Below are positions 1 through 11,542 of a DNA stretch of 64,000 nucleotides, one piece after another. Source of the stretch: Azolla caroliniana (Eukaryota; Plantae; Polypodiophyta); NCBI GenBank assembly GCA_043228905.1, contig JBHGNT010000003.1, forward strand, positions 17,112,001-17,176,000, in the 5' to 3' direction. The stretch's first letter is position 1. Each line of letters starts with the position of its first letter. The position numbers and the translations under genes were made by a program. Below the pieces are notes generated by a model. That model was not told the origin of the DNA and did no database searches. It saw only the letters and a program-made list of their open reading frames with translations.

Positions 1-260
1 TCATCATCAATAATATAATACTCTTATTATTATTCTTCTTGACATCCATCTTCTTCTCAATTGTACAAATCTTCATTCTTTTCAAGTGTGGCATTTGTTT
101 CCTCTCCTCTTATGTTTACATCGTCATCTTTTCAGCAATTTCGTGAACATTCTCCCCGGTCTGAGACCTCGGTGGTCCCGGTTGTGCGAAGCACGCATGT
201 GCATTTTCGCAACATCATTTGGTCAAACGTGAAAGAGCAGCAGGGGAGCATGGCTGGATC
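1..260. repeat. Dispersed unclassified repeat, second copy at ~22280-22490
   Basis: catcatcaataatataatac...ttcttctcaa(t/g)tgtacaaatc...ttcaagtgtggcatttgtttcctc...ctccccggtc(t/c)gaga...gcattttcgcaac occurs at both places. Confidence 0.75.
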
Positions 261-267
261 TTCATAT

Positions 268-532
268 TGTAAAATAGGGTTCAGCCACAATTGAGATTCA
301 AGCACAAAGGAGAGAAAACAGGAAATCAGAAAATGATTCACTTACACGGAGACACAAGATATTACCATGGAAAAACCCCAATAGGGTAAAAAACACAGGA
401 GCCCACAAACTCGGAAACAATTCACTATGAGAGGCAATACAATGAAACTCCCAAGCAACAACCTCGAGCTACTCCTTTTTGCACGCAGGTGGTTACAACA
501 GAGATGCTTTGCTTTCAGTCTCACTCACTCAC

Positions 533-563
<31 letters not shown>

Positions 564-1050
564 TGCATAGTTACATAGTCCAAAGAAAACTCTACAGTCT
601 CACTACATAAAGTTTTGCCCTAGTTATCTTTATACTTATACATAGGACTATTTACAAATATAGCCATTTCCGGATGCCTGTCCAGATCTGACTGATCCGA
701 CTCGTGCTCTCCTTCCCATTCGGAGGGACTTGTTTTCCCAACAAACTCCCCCTTCACTCCGGCATGGGGTGATTCGTCAATTTGGTCTGATGTCGACACA
801 CGTCCAGTTTCTCTGACGACAACACCTTCGTCATCATGTCCGATCTGTTCTCCGCTATGTGAATCTTCATAAGGACACACTCTTTTCTTCTACCCGCTCC
901 TGGAGCCAATGGTATCTCCTTTGGATCTGCTTGGTCCTTGAGTGGTAGGCGACATTTTTCGCAAGGTGGATGGCGCATTGTTTGTCGCAGTAGAGTCAAA
1001 ATTCTTCTTGCCGAATCCCCAACTCTTCGATGAACTCCTTCATCTAGATT
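268..1050 (-). mobile_element. Ty1/copia remnant: 3' LTR (~268-743), PPT, and degenerate RNase H C-terminus
   Basis: TG..CA-bounded LTR with (CT)n, followed by aactccccct (reverse-complement PPT); minus frame gives KIHIAENRSDMMTKVLS, the copia RNase H end. Confidence 0.8.
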
Positions 1051-1052
1051 AT

Positions 1053-1330
1053 TGTTAGGTAACAGGTCCTTCCGGATGGGAAGAGGAGCACGAGTCGAAG
1101 AAAAGGGAGAACCAAATCGGTTGACAACAACTCGGCCGAGGCCGAAAAATCAAACCAATTGTTTGATTCGGTCGTGGCCGAAAATTGAATCCGAATCGAT
1201 TTGGCAATAGCCGAATTGGTTGAAGCCAACTCAGGGCTATATCTGTAAATAGAGATAATGTGCCCTTGTGGGCTATATTTATAAATAACCCTGAATGTTG
1301 TATTAATATAAATACATCTAGGGAAATCAC
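1053..1330 (+). mobile_element. Partial copia LTR related to the 2850-8380 family, opposite orientation
   Basis: tgttaggtaacaggtccttccggatgggaag is close to the reverse complement of that family's LTR end; also shares gggctatatctgtaaatag. Confidence 0.6.
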
Positions 1331-1714
1331 TATGTAGTTAAGATGAGTGGTTGATTATTGTTGTACATTTACAGTTGGTTGTTGCCACTCTAACTAAGAG
1401 AGTAAGAGATAGATAGGTAGATAGATAGATTATATTATCGTCTTTGGAGGTCAAATATGACCTATGAGACCAAAAATATTACATTTCACGTGATACGTGT
1501 AAAAGTGAGTAGCGACTCTTGATGTTCAAGAACTTTACCAATGAATGTTGCAATTGAGAGTGCACATCGTGGTTGTGAGAGAAATTCGTGCAAGGATTGG
1601 GCTTGGTTGAAGAAATGTGGAAAGCATAATCGAATATGATCAAAGGCAGAGCATTGTATCAAAGTGTGATACTCAAACTCTCGAACTTGTTTAGTGCAAA
1701 TTGTGCATAGCCGG

Positions 1715-2150
1715 TAACAATTGGAAATGGTTCGGTTCGGTTCGAGAGGGTCTAAACCGAACCGTTTAATTTTTTTGAAACCCGAACCGAACTACAAAAC
1801 CGTTAAACCATTAACCGTGGTTTCATGGTTCGGTTTTGGTTTTCAACATAGGTCAAATTTTTAATTTTTTTAAAATTTATAAAATTTCATTATTTAGAAT
1901 TTTTAGAATTTTTAAGATGTTCCTAAAATGTGAGAATAAGCTGTAAAAATGAAAAGATTGTTTAAAAACAATTAAATTTTTTTTAAAAAATTTTTAAAAT
2001 TAAAAATTAAAAACTGTTAAACCGTTTAAATTTGACTGTTGAACCAAACCGAACCGTTTAAGAAAACCTAAACCTGAACCGAACCATTAAGCCGTTAAAC
2101 TACAGTTTCACAATTCAGTTCAGTTCAAACCGAACCGTTGCCGATTGTTA
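1715..2150. mobile_element. hAT-type MITE, 436 bp
   Basis: 8-bp TSD ATAGCCGG at 1707-1714 and 2151-2158; imperfect TIRs TAACAATTGGAAATGGTTCGGTT / AACCGAACCGTTGCCGATTGTTA; subterminal AACCG/CGGTT repeats; AT-rich core. Confidence 0.88.
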
Positions 2151-2399
2151 ATAGCCGGCCACTCTCATCACTTGTGCCCCAACACCCCCGTCTCACATCG
2201 CAATGCATGTGAGCTAAGTCACATGGAAGCAATGGTTCGAATGGCAGATATCAGGATGGGTTCTAACATGTATCGATGTGTATGACTTCCCCGTTCTGCG
2301 AAGAATATGGTTTTGTAGTTAGGTGCAACATTTGTAGTATAATGTGTGAAGCGTGAGCCTCCACATTTTTCCCACATCATGATACATTGGTGTTGCAAA

Positions 2400-2849
2400 A
2401 AGGCCTCAAATTATAGAGGAATCTAGTGATGCATCATGAAGCAAGTCTCTTGCATCCCATCTACCAAACCATTTTTCTAAATCTTGCATCCAACAAGAAC
2501 ACAAAATTTAGCTTTTATGCGTCTTTTGGATCTTTTTGTTTGCTTCCCATGCAATTATAGGAAGTCGATGTGAGGAGTTTTTTTGAACCTTATGCATGTA
2601 TTCAACAACCCTTTCCATGGCCATGATCTAAATGGGAAGCGATCCCATCTTAAGGAGGAGGGTGTAGGGCGTTTGTTTCTTAACTTGTAGAAACTTTGTA
2701 AGAAATGTTTTTGGGCATTTTCGAACTCTTTCCACGTAGATTTAGGTATGCTACTGCCCCATACTTCCACCCCATAGAGAAGAATCGGGGTTACCAAAGT
2801 GTTAAAAAGATATTTCTTGAGGACCCAACACTTAATATCTCCAAGATTG
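2400..2849 (-). mobile_element. Non-LTR retrotransposon (LINE), 3' part, continuation of 8386-9445
   Basis: KKYLFNTLVTPILLYGVEVWG post-RT motif; joins FENTCN across the copia TSD; left boundary approximate. Confidence 0.75.
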
Positions 2850-3125
2850 TGACAAGAATACATGTTCCCGATGAACAACGCTTGGCCACAACCAAGCTTA
2901 GAATCAAACACAGAAAACGGGAAATGAAAAAAACATGACACATGGAGAGAAGAGTACACGAGATGTTAATGTGGAAAAACCCAAAGTAGGGAAAAACCAC
3001 GACAGCCCATAGACTGCTAACTATCACTATATCACAATGATTACAATCAGTGAGCTCACGGAGGCAACGACCTCGTGCTCACGATCTTCGCCACAAGCGG
3101 CGGTTACAACAGAGGCAACGACCTC

Positions 3126-3191
<66 letters not shown>

Positions 3192-6100
3192 CACGGTTGC
3201 GCTCTAATCTAGCGCCAACAAGAATGACAACAACATCATCATCTCTGTTTGCCCTAAGTCATATTTATACTAATATGACTTTTCGGCTATTTACAGATAT
3301 AGCCCCGATGGACTCTCAGAAACATATTTACGAATATGTCCCTTCATCCGGTGAGCAGTTCTCACCGGGCCTTCACCATCCGGCTCTTGCCGGGTACTCC
3401 TTATCCGGTTCACACCGAGTCTTCCGTAGCCAGGTACTCATCATCCGGCTCTCACCGGGTACACCACATCCAGTTCTCACCGGGTCTTCCATTTCCGGGT
3501 ACTCCTCATCCGATTTCGGCCTCGGCCGAGCTTGCTCATGAACACTGTTCTTCTCACTTCCCATCCGGAGGGACCTGTTTCCTAACAAACTCCCCCTTCA
3601 CTTCGGCATGGGATGTCTTACTAGTCCGATCCGCTTCCAACATGCATCCAGCTTGTCAGGTATCAGCACTTTGGTCAACATATCTGACCCGTTCTCGGCC
3701 GTGTGGATCTTCATCAGTGCGAACTCTCGATCTTCTACTCTTTCCCGGATCTAGTGATACCTTCGCTGGATATGCTTCATCAGGGAATGGTAGGCCGCGT
3801 TCTTAGCAAGGTGGATGGCACTTTGACTGTCGCAATAGAGCCAATATTCATCTTGCCGGATGCCGAGCTCTCCGATGAAGTCCTTCATCCATAGTATTTC
3901 CTTGCCGGCTTCCACAACCGCCATGTACTCCGCCTCCGTGGTTGACAACGCAACCGTCTTCTGCAGCCTCGACTGCCATGAAACAACTCCCCCTGCATAT
4001 GTCATTACATACCCGGATGTAGACCGGCTAGTATCCACATAAGCCGACATGTCCGAATCAGTAAAACCGTCGAGTTGAGGTTTACCGGAGCCGAATCGGA
4101 GACACATGTTCGAAGTGCCCTTCAAGTACCGGAGTATCCATTTGACCGCGTTCCAGTGCTCCTTGCCGGGATTGCTCATAAACTGGCTCACCACTCCGAC
4201 TGCGTATCCTATATCTGGTCGGGTACACACCATTGCGTACATTAAGCTCCCGACGGCAGAGGCATATGGAACCTTCATCATATCAGCTTTCTCTGCTTTC
4301 GTCTTCGGGCTTTGCTTATCGGATAACCTACAGTTTGCCGGAAGTGTCGATCCGACCGGTTTCGCTTCTACCATGTTGAACCGTTGAAGCACCTTTGTCA
4401 CGTATTTCTCCTATGACAGCCACAACTGCTTCGTTGGCCGGTTCTGGATGATATGCATCCCCATCATCTGTCTTGCCGGACCCAAGTCTTTTCATTGCGA
4501 AGGTTCGGTTGAGAGCCTTCTTCAACATCCGTATTCTGGCTTGGTCCCGTCCGACGATCAACATGTCATCCACGTACAGGAGTATCAGGAAGTCGCCTCC
4601 TTCGAACTTCTTCACAAACACGCAGTGATCGGCCTGCGTCTTGTGGTACCCTTGATCGGTCATGGAGTCGAACTTCCGGTACCATTGTCGGGGAGCCTGC
4701 TTCAGTCCGTACAAGCTTTTCTTCAACCGGCATACCAGGTGCTCCTTCCCTTTCTCCACGAATCCTTCCGGTTGCTGCATGTAGATCTCCTCTTCAAGGT
4801 CACCGTGAAGGAATGCCGTCTTCACGTCTAGCTGCTCTACCTTGAGGTCCATGCTTGCGGCTATACTCAACACTGTCCGGATGGAGGTCATCTTTAATAC
4901 TGGGGCAAATATCTCGTCGAAGTCCACGCCCTTCTTTTGCTGGAACCCCTTCACCACGATCCTGACTTTGTATCTTGGGGGGTTGCCGACATCTCCCGGT
5001 TTCAACTTGTACACCCACTTGTTTCGGAGCGCCCTCTTTCCTTTCGGCAACTCCACCAATTCATACGTATGGTTCTCATGCAGGGAATCCATCTCATCCT
5101 GCATGGCACTTAACTATTTGCGGCTATGGGCGTCACTTTTAGCTTCCTCGAAGCTTTCTGGCTCCCCCTCATCGGTCAGCAGCACATGCTCTGCATCCGG
5201 AAATCTCCGGGGGGCCCTTCTCTCTCTGAGAGGATATCTCCGTCTTTGGGCTTCGTTAACCGGCTCCTCCATTTGCTCTTCATCCGAATCCGATTCGGGG
5301 TCTTGGCTGGTTCCGGTTTCAGCTTCCTCTACTTCTTCTTCAGCCTGTTCGGTATCCTCACCGTAACCGGCTGGTTCCTCGAGTGCTAACCGGTCTCTTG
5401 CCGGTTGGGTCTGCGCATCGTAGAAACGATCCTTACCGGTCGACTCAGAGTTCATTATCTTCTTCTCCGACTCCCAGTTGGCGAGCGTCTTGTCCTCCAT
5501 GAAGATAATATCTCGACTCCGGAATACCTTCTTGTCGACCGGGTCCCACACTCGGTAGCCGAACTCATCGTCGTCGTAACCGAGGAATATGCATGGCCGG
5601 GTCTTTGGATCTAACTTTCCTCTCCGGTCCTTAGCTACATGCACGTATGCGAGACACCCGAACACCTTCAGATGCCGGTAGGACACTTCCTTACCGGTCC
5701 ATACTCTCTGCGGCGTGTCTTCGTCCAAGGGTACCGAGGGTGATCTGTTTATCACATATGTCGCTGTCGACAGTGCCTCAACCCAAAATGTCTTGGGTAA
5801 TTTTGCATGCGCTAGCATACTCTGGACCCTCTCCATTATGGGCCAGTTCATCCTCTTGGCCAACCCGTTTAGTTCCGGTGTCTTTGGCACGGTAAATTCG
5901 AGCCGGATTCCCTTCGAGTGACACTACTCCTCGAACTGCCCCCGATATTCACCTCCGTTATATGCTCGAACTGCCTTCAGCTTTCGGCCGGTTTCTCTTT
6001 CCACTCTCGCGTGGAGCTCTTTGAAGACGGATAACACCTGATCCTTTGTCTTCAACGGTGTGGCCCACAACTTTCGGCTGTGGTCATCTATGAACGTCAC

Positions 6101-8380
6101 GAAGTATTGCGATCCTGCATGTGACTTCGTGTCCACTTGACACACATCAGTATGCACCAACTCTAGTGGCGCATTACGTCTCATCGGTGGCCTCGATCGG
6201 AAGGAGGTCCGGTTTTGTTTACCGGCGAGACAATCAGTGCACTTCTCCAAGTGCACGTTCTTCAATGGAATGAGGTTGTCGTCTGCAAGCCTCTTCATCC
6301 CCTTCTCGCTCATGTGACACAGCCTCTTGTGCCACAACTCATCGACAGTGTCAGATGCCACGTTCACTTCTTCTGGACATAACCGGGCATTCATTAGGTA
6401 CAACGTGTTTACCTTCCGAGCCTGAGCCATAATCAGGCTCCCTTTGCTGAACTTCATAACACCGTTCTAGATGCTACCCGTGTAGCCTTCATCATCTAGC
6501 CGACCGGCTGATATCAGGTTCAGACGAACCTTCGGAACGTGTCAGACATCCTTCAACAGCATCTTGCATCCAGTTGGTGTTGTCAGCCACACGTCTCCTA
6601 TGCCAACAATTCGGCATGTACCTTCATTCCCCATCCGGACACAACCGTGTTCACCGGTTGAGTAGGATGAGAAGCATTTCCGGTCCAGGGTAAGGTGGAA
6701 CGACGCTCTGGAATTGACCACTCAGGTCATCTCGTCGCCGACAAGGTTTAGCTCACTCTCCTCGGTGATAAGCATCAACTCTTCTTCACTTGCCGCGATT
6801 ACCGTCGTTCCCTTCCGGTCCGAGGTCCACTTCGAATCGGTACCGTCGGTTTCCTTGTCTTTTCGGAAATGACGACAGTTCTTCTGGAAGTGTCTCGACT
6901 TGCCGCAATAGAAGCAAGTAGGCCTCCCCCTTGACATTGACCGTGTCCCCGACTTCTCCTAGTTCTGGGGACTGCGGTTCCTTTGTCTTCCGCGTTCCGA
7001 TTCGGTAAGGAGCGCTTTGGAGTCGGAGCTCGTATCCTTATCTTTCCGACGCGCCTTCTCATTTAGCAAGCTCGACTTCACTCTTGCTAGGGATAACCGT
7101 TTCCCTTCCGGCCCGGCGTTGCCCAAAGTGACAACAACCGTCTCCCAGCTATCCGGGAGGGAACCGAGCAGGAGTAGCGCTAGTACCTCATCGGCGAGAG
7201 GTACTTCAATTGATGTTGCTTGGTGTATCAGCCCCTGGAAGGCATTCATGTGCTCCGCCATGCTGGAGCCATCTTGGTATTGGAGTCTTACTAGCTTCCG
7301 GAATACCGAAACCTAGTTTACAACATTTTTGTTCTGAAACATAATGCCGATCTTCTCCCAGATCTCATGAGCCTTGCTCTCTTCATTGAAGTTGTTGTAT
7401 AGGCTCATGTCGATGAAGCACCGTATGTACGCCGTTGTCTTCATGTGCATCACTTCCCATATTGTGGCGTCGATTTTGTTCGGTCTCTTGTCCCGGAATT
7501 GAACCGGCAACCAAAGATCTTTAACCACGAGCATGTTCCTCATCTTTGACTTCCACACTGAATAGTTGGAGCCGGTGAGCTTGAACATGCCGCCCAACGA
7601 TTCGTCCATTTTCTGTGTCGTTTCGCTCTGATACCACTTTGACAAGAATACACATTCTCGATGAACAACGCTCAGCCACAACCAAGCTTAGAATCAAACA
7701 CAGAAAACGGGAAATGAAAAAAACACGACACAATGGACAGAAGAGTACACGGGATGTTAACGTGGAAAAACCCAAAGTAGGGAAAAACCACGACAGCCCA
7801 TAGACTGCTAACTATCACTATATCACAATGATTACAATCAGTGAGCTCATGGAGGCAACGACCTCGTGCTCACGATCTTCGCCACAAGCGGCGGTTACAA
7901 CAGAGGCAACAACCTCTTCCTCTCTCTCTCTCTCTCTCTTTGTACACTGTTGCGCTCTAATCTAGTGCCAACAAGAATGACAACAATATCATCATCTCTG
8001 TTTGCCCTAAGTCATATTTATACTAATATGACTTTTCGGCTATTTACAGATATAGCCCCGATGGACTCTCAGAAACATATTTATGAATATGTCCCTTCAT
8101 CCGGTGAGCAATTCTCACCGGGCCTTCACCATTCGGCTCTTGCCAGGTACTCCTCATTCAGTTCTCAACGGGTCTTCCGAAGCCGGGTACTCCTTATCCG
8201 GTTCACACCGGGTCTTCCGTAGTCGGGTACTCGTCATCCGGGTCTCACCGGGTACACCACATCCGGTTCTCACCAGGTCTTCCATTTCCGGGTACTCCTC
8301 ATCCGATTTCGGCCTCGGCCAAGCTTGCTCATGAACACTGTTCTTCTCACTTCCCATCCGGAGGGACTTGTTTCTTAACA
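2850..8380 (-). mobile_element. Full-length Ty1/copia LTR retrotransposon with degenerate gag-pol
   Basis: LTRs 2850-3587 and 7640-8380; 5-bp TSD GATTG (2845-2849, 8381-8385); Met-i PBS TGGTATCAGAGC (rc 7625-7636); PPT rc 3588-3597; gag, CCHC, PR, INT, RT and RH in copia order. Confidence 0.97.
3600..7608 (-). pseudogene. Copia gag-pol broken by stops and frameshifts
   Basis: CFYCGKSRHFQKNC knuckle; LWHKRLCH...CTDC and FVTFIDD integrase; QLDVKTAFLHG, LYGLKQAPRQW, LLYVDD reverse transcriptase; FTDSD, STTEAEY, CDSQSAI RNase H. Confidence 0.95.
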
Positions 8381-8385
8381 GATTG

Positions 8386-9445
8386 CATGTGTTCTCAAAT
8401 GCATAATAACCTCGCTTACCCGCCTCTACGTGACGTGTAGCACATTCATTCCATCTATGATTTGAAGGAACTTCGAGGCCAAGATATTTGAAGCTTTCCA
8501 CACATCAAGTGGCTCACTGTTGTACATAATGCATGGTTTATATCTTTTTTGGCGCTTTACAAGCATAATCTTTATTTTAGAGCTATTGACACTTAATTTA
8601 GTATGCATGCAATTTTTTTCCAATGCCTTCATAAGCTTTTGTGCATCTCCTAAAGTATTTGCAAACAACACTACATCATCCGCATATAACAAAAGCATAA
8701 TCACAACATTCCCAATGACAACTTCTTCAACACATTCTTCCTTTACAAACTTGGTAACCATTACTTCTAATTCATCAATGCGTAGACCAAATAATGTTGG
8801 TGAGAGTGGGCATCCCTGCTTAACACCAATAGTGCTATTGAAAAAATCTGAAAGTTTATCCCTTATACGCACACAACATATAACCTTCTCATATATTCGG
8901 GAAATTGCAAACATATATTCACTTGGCACCTCAAGTTCTTCCATTCGCCTCCAAAGATCCTCACGAGGTACCATATCAAAAGCTTTCTTGAAGTCTACAA
9001 AGCAACAATATAAACCTTTACCTCTAAGGCGACTTTCCTCCATTAATACTCGAAGGGTGACAAGATGATCAATGGTGCTATGGTGTTTTTGAAAGCCAGC
9101 TTGTTCATAAGCTCTTTTACCATTTTTTTCTGCCTATACACTTATCTTTGATTCCATTATACATCCAAATAGTTTTGCCATTAATGAGCCAACAATGATG
9201 GTTCGATAGTTGTTTACATTATTTACATCTCCACCTTTATGTAAAGGTTTGATCCAATTTGTAGTCCAATCATATGGCATACCATGTTGCAATGCATCAT
9301 TAAACATATCGCATATCCATACATGTGCTTCCTTTCCCGTCCATTTGAGCATTTCAACCTTTATACATTGAAGATCACTTGCCTTTCGAGAGGCTAATTT
9401 CTTAAGTCCTATGCATATATCTTCAATTGTAAAGAAGGGAAACAT
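8386..9445 (-). mobile_element. LINE reverse transcriptase remnant (RTE-like), 5' part
   Basis: KGGDVNNVNNYRTI, CFVDFKKAFDMV, GVKQGCPLSPTLF, LLYADDVVL and FKYLG motifs. Confidence 0.92.
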
Positions 9446-9780
9446 ATGTGAGAGAGAGAGAGAGAGAGAGAGAGAGTTGTTGTATTGCTGTACAGAGAGA
9501 GAGAGAGAGAGAAACAAAATCAGTTTCTGTTGTAACCGCCGATTGGCGAAGATAGAGCTCAAGGTCATTACCTCTGAGTCTCATACCACTCTACCCTTCC
9601 TCTCTCATAGTGATGGTTGGAGTCTGTGGGCTCCTGTGGTTTTTCTCGATGAGGGTTTTCCACGTTAACATCTGGTGTCGTCTTTTCTATCTTGTCAATG
9701 CATTGCTACTTTCTGCTTATTTCTTCCATCGTGTGTTTGAGACTCGGTTGTGGCCGAGCACTATTATTATCAATATTTTT
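9446..9780 (+). mobile_element. Partial copia LTR (GA-rich, related to the 2850 family)
   Basis: tgttgtaaccgcc...ggcgaagat...gggttttccacgttaacatc...ggttgtggccgagc matches the LTR in reverse complement. Confidence 0.7.
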
Positions 9781-9789
9781 GTAACTTGA

Positions 9790-9982
9790 TGCTTATTAAT
9801 ATAGAGAAAGGTCGTTAGCTACACTCTTGTTAATCATCCACCATTTATCTTATTGTTCATAAGTGAATCTTCCTCTCTCTCTTCCTCTCACACACATACA
9901 CACACATATCGCATAATCTTCCGCAACTTAATCACACAATTAGATATTAATTAACCCTTAGATAATCTTCTAATTATTAACA
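9790..9982 (+). mobile_element. 3' end of an LTR of the 18018-21897 copia family
   Basis: taatcatcc...ttgttcataagtg...cttcctctcacacacatac...ttaatcacac...taaca is shared with 18305-18456. Confidence 0.75.
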
Positions 9983-11000
9983 AGCTATAATCATCTATGA
10001 AGGTCACAAAATATTGTGCACTACTATGTGACTTTGCATCCACTTGGCATACGTCTGTACGCACAAGTTCCAGAGCACTCTTTCTTCTCATCGAAGGCCT
10101 AGGGCGAAAGGTGGCCCTATTCTGTATTCCGGCCAGGCAGTCAGGGCATTTGTCTAGATGCACTTTCTTCATCTGCGACAATAGTTCTTTTTCTGCTAGC
10201 ATCTGCATTCCTTTTTGGCTCATGTGACATAACCTCTTATGCTACAACTCTCCGATTGTGTTAGCTACCACATTTATCTAGCCCTAGTTCAGTCGTGCGT
10301 GCCACAATTAGACTTCCCTTGTAGAATTTCCAAGTGTTGTTCCAGAAGGTACCACTATAGCTTTCGTCACTGAGCCGTCCGGTCGATATGAGATTCAATC
10401 TGATATCTAGAACATGGCGCACATCTTTGAGCACCATTCTGTAGCTTGTCGAGGTCAGCAAATGTACATCTCCGATTTTGACTATTTCGCATGCGTTGTC
10501 ATTTCCCATCTTCACATATCCGTGGTCTCTGGCCTTGTATTTGGGGTCAGGTGAAACGATGCATCGGAATCGACCACCCATGTCGATTCTTCGCAAGCGA
10601 GGTTGACTTCATTTTGTTCACTAATGAACAACAACTCCTCTTCACTCGCAACGATTGCTGAGTTGTTCTTCATGTCCAAAATTTTCTTCGGCTCTACACC
10701 ATCAGCTCCCCCTTTGTCTTTCTGGAAGTGTTGGCAATTCTTTTGAAAGTGCCCTGACTTCCCACAATAGAAGCACGTGGGCCTTCACCTCCACTTCGAC
10801 CTCGTCCCGACTTTTCTTGGTTTTGGGGACCTCCACTTCGGCCTCTTCTATTTTTGGGACTTCTATTTCAATGACTAAGGCCTTTGGGTCGATTCCAAAC
10901 TCTTTGTCCTTCCGACGAGCTTCTTCATTCATCAAGCTCGACTTCACCTTCTCTCTAGGGATAAGTGCTTCCCTTCTGGTCCAGCGTTGCCCAACGTGAT
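9983..11000 (-). mobile_element. Copia internal fragment (gag C-terminus, protease, start of integrase)
   Basis: VKSSLMNEEARRKD, LKDVRHVLDIRLNLIS and CPDCLAG...FVTFIDDYS. Confidence 0.88.
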
Positions 11001-11542
11001 GGCGAGAATGATGGATCAAATGCTTAAATAGAGAAGAACAGTGACGTCTTCGATTGTTTCTAGAACTTAAAGAGCTTAGTGGAAAGGGAAATAGAGAGGA
11101 AGATCAAGTGGTTGTAGTCGGATGGCGAAAAAGAATACTTTTTCGGTCAATTCAACTTTTATCTGACACAGATGGGAATTTTGCGGGAATTTAGCTATAG
11201 ATATATGCGGAGTAGAATGGCGTAGCCGAAAGAAGGAACCGATCAATCACGGCAATGGCAGGGGAAATGCTGGAAGAAAAGAGCATGCCCAAATTTTACT
11301 GGGTTAAAGTCGTTTGAACTGCGATATACATCCAAAATTGAATCGAAGAAAAGGTGTCAACACATAATCTGTATTTCATGCGAAAGACAAATTTGAAATA
11401 CCTGTGAGTATTCGGTAGCATTGCGTATGTGCATGTGCCGGATGAGAAGCGGAAGAAGCTAGACGCTACAACCCTCGGACCAAATAGGTACAAGAAAGTT
11501 GCGACGTCATTTTCGACAAATCAAAGTCTTGGTATTCTCTTC
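11000..11542 (+). mobile_element. Degenerate copia integrase fragment; continues at 13549
   Basis: Remnants of SDGEKEYF, NGVAERRNR, FGSIAYVHVPDEKRKKLD and DVIFD. Confidence 0.75.

Noticed and set aside
3050-3806. ORFs of 150-160 aa within LTRs, and antisense ORFs over pol genes
   Set aside because: They span microsatellites and LTR repeats or shadow real retroelement frames; no protein motifs
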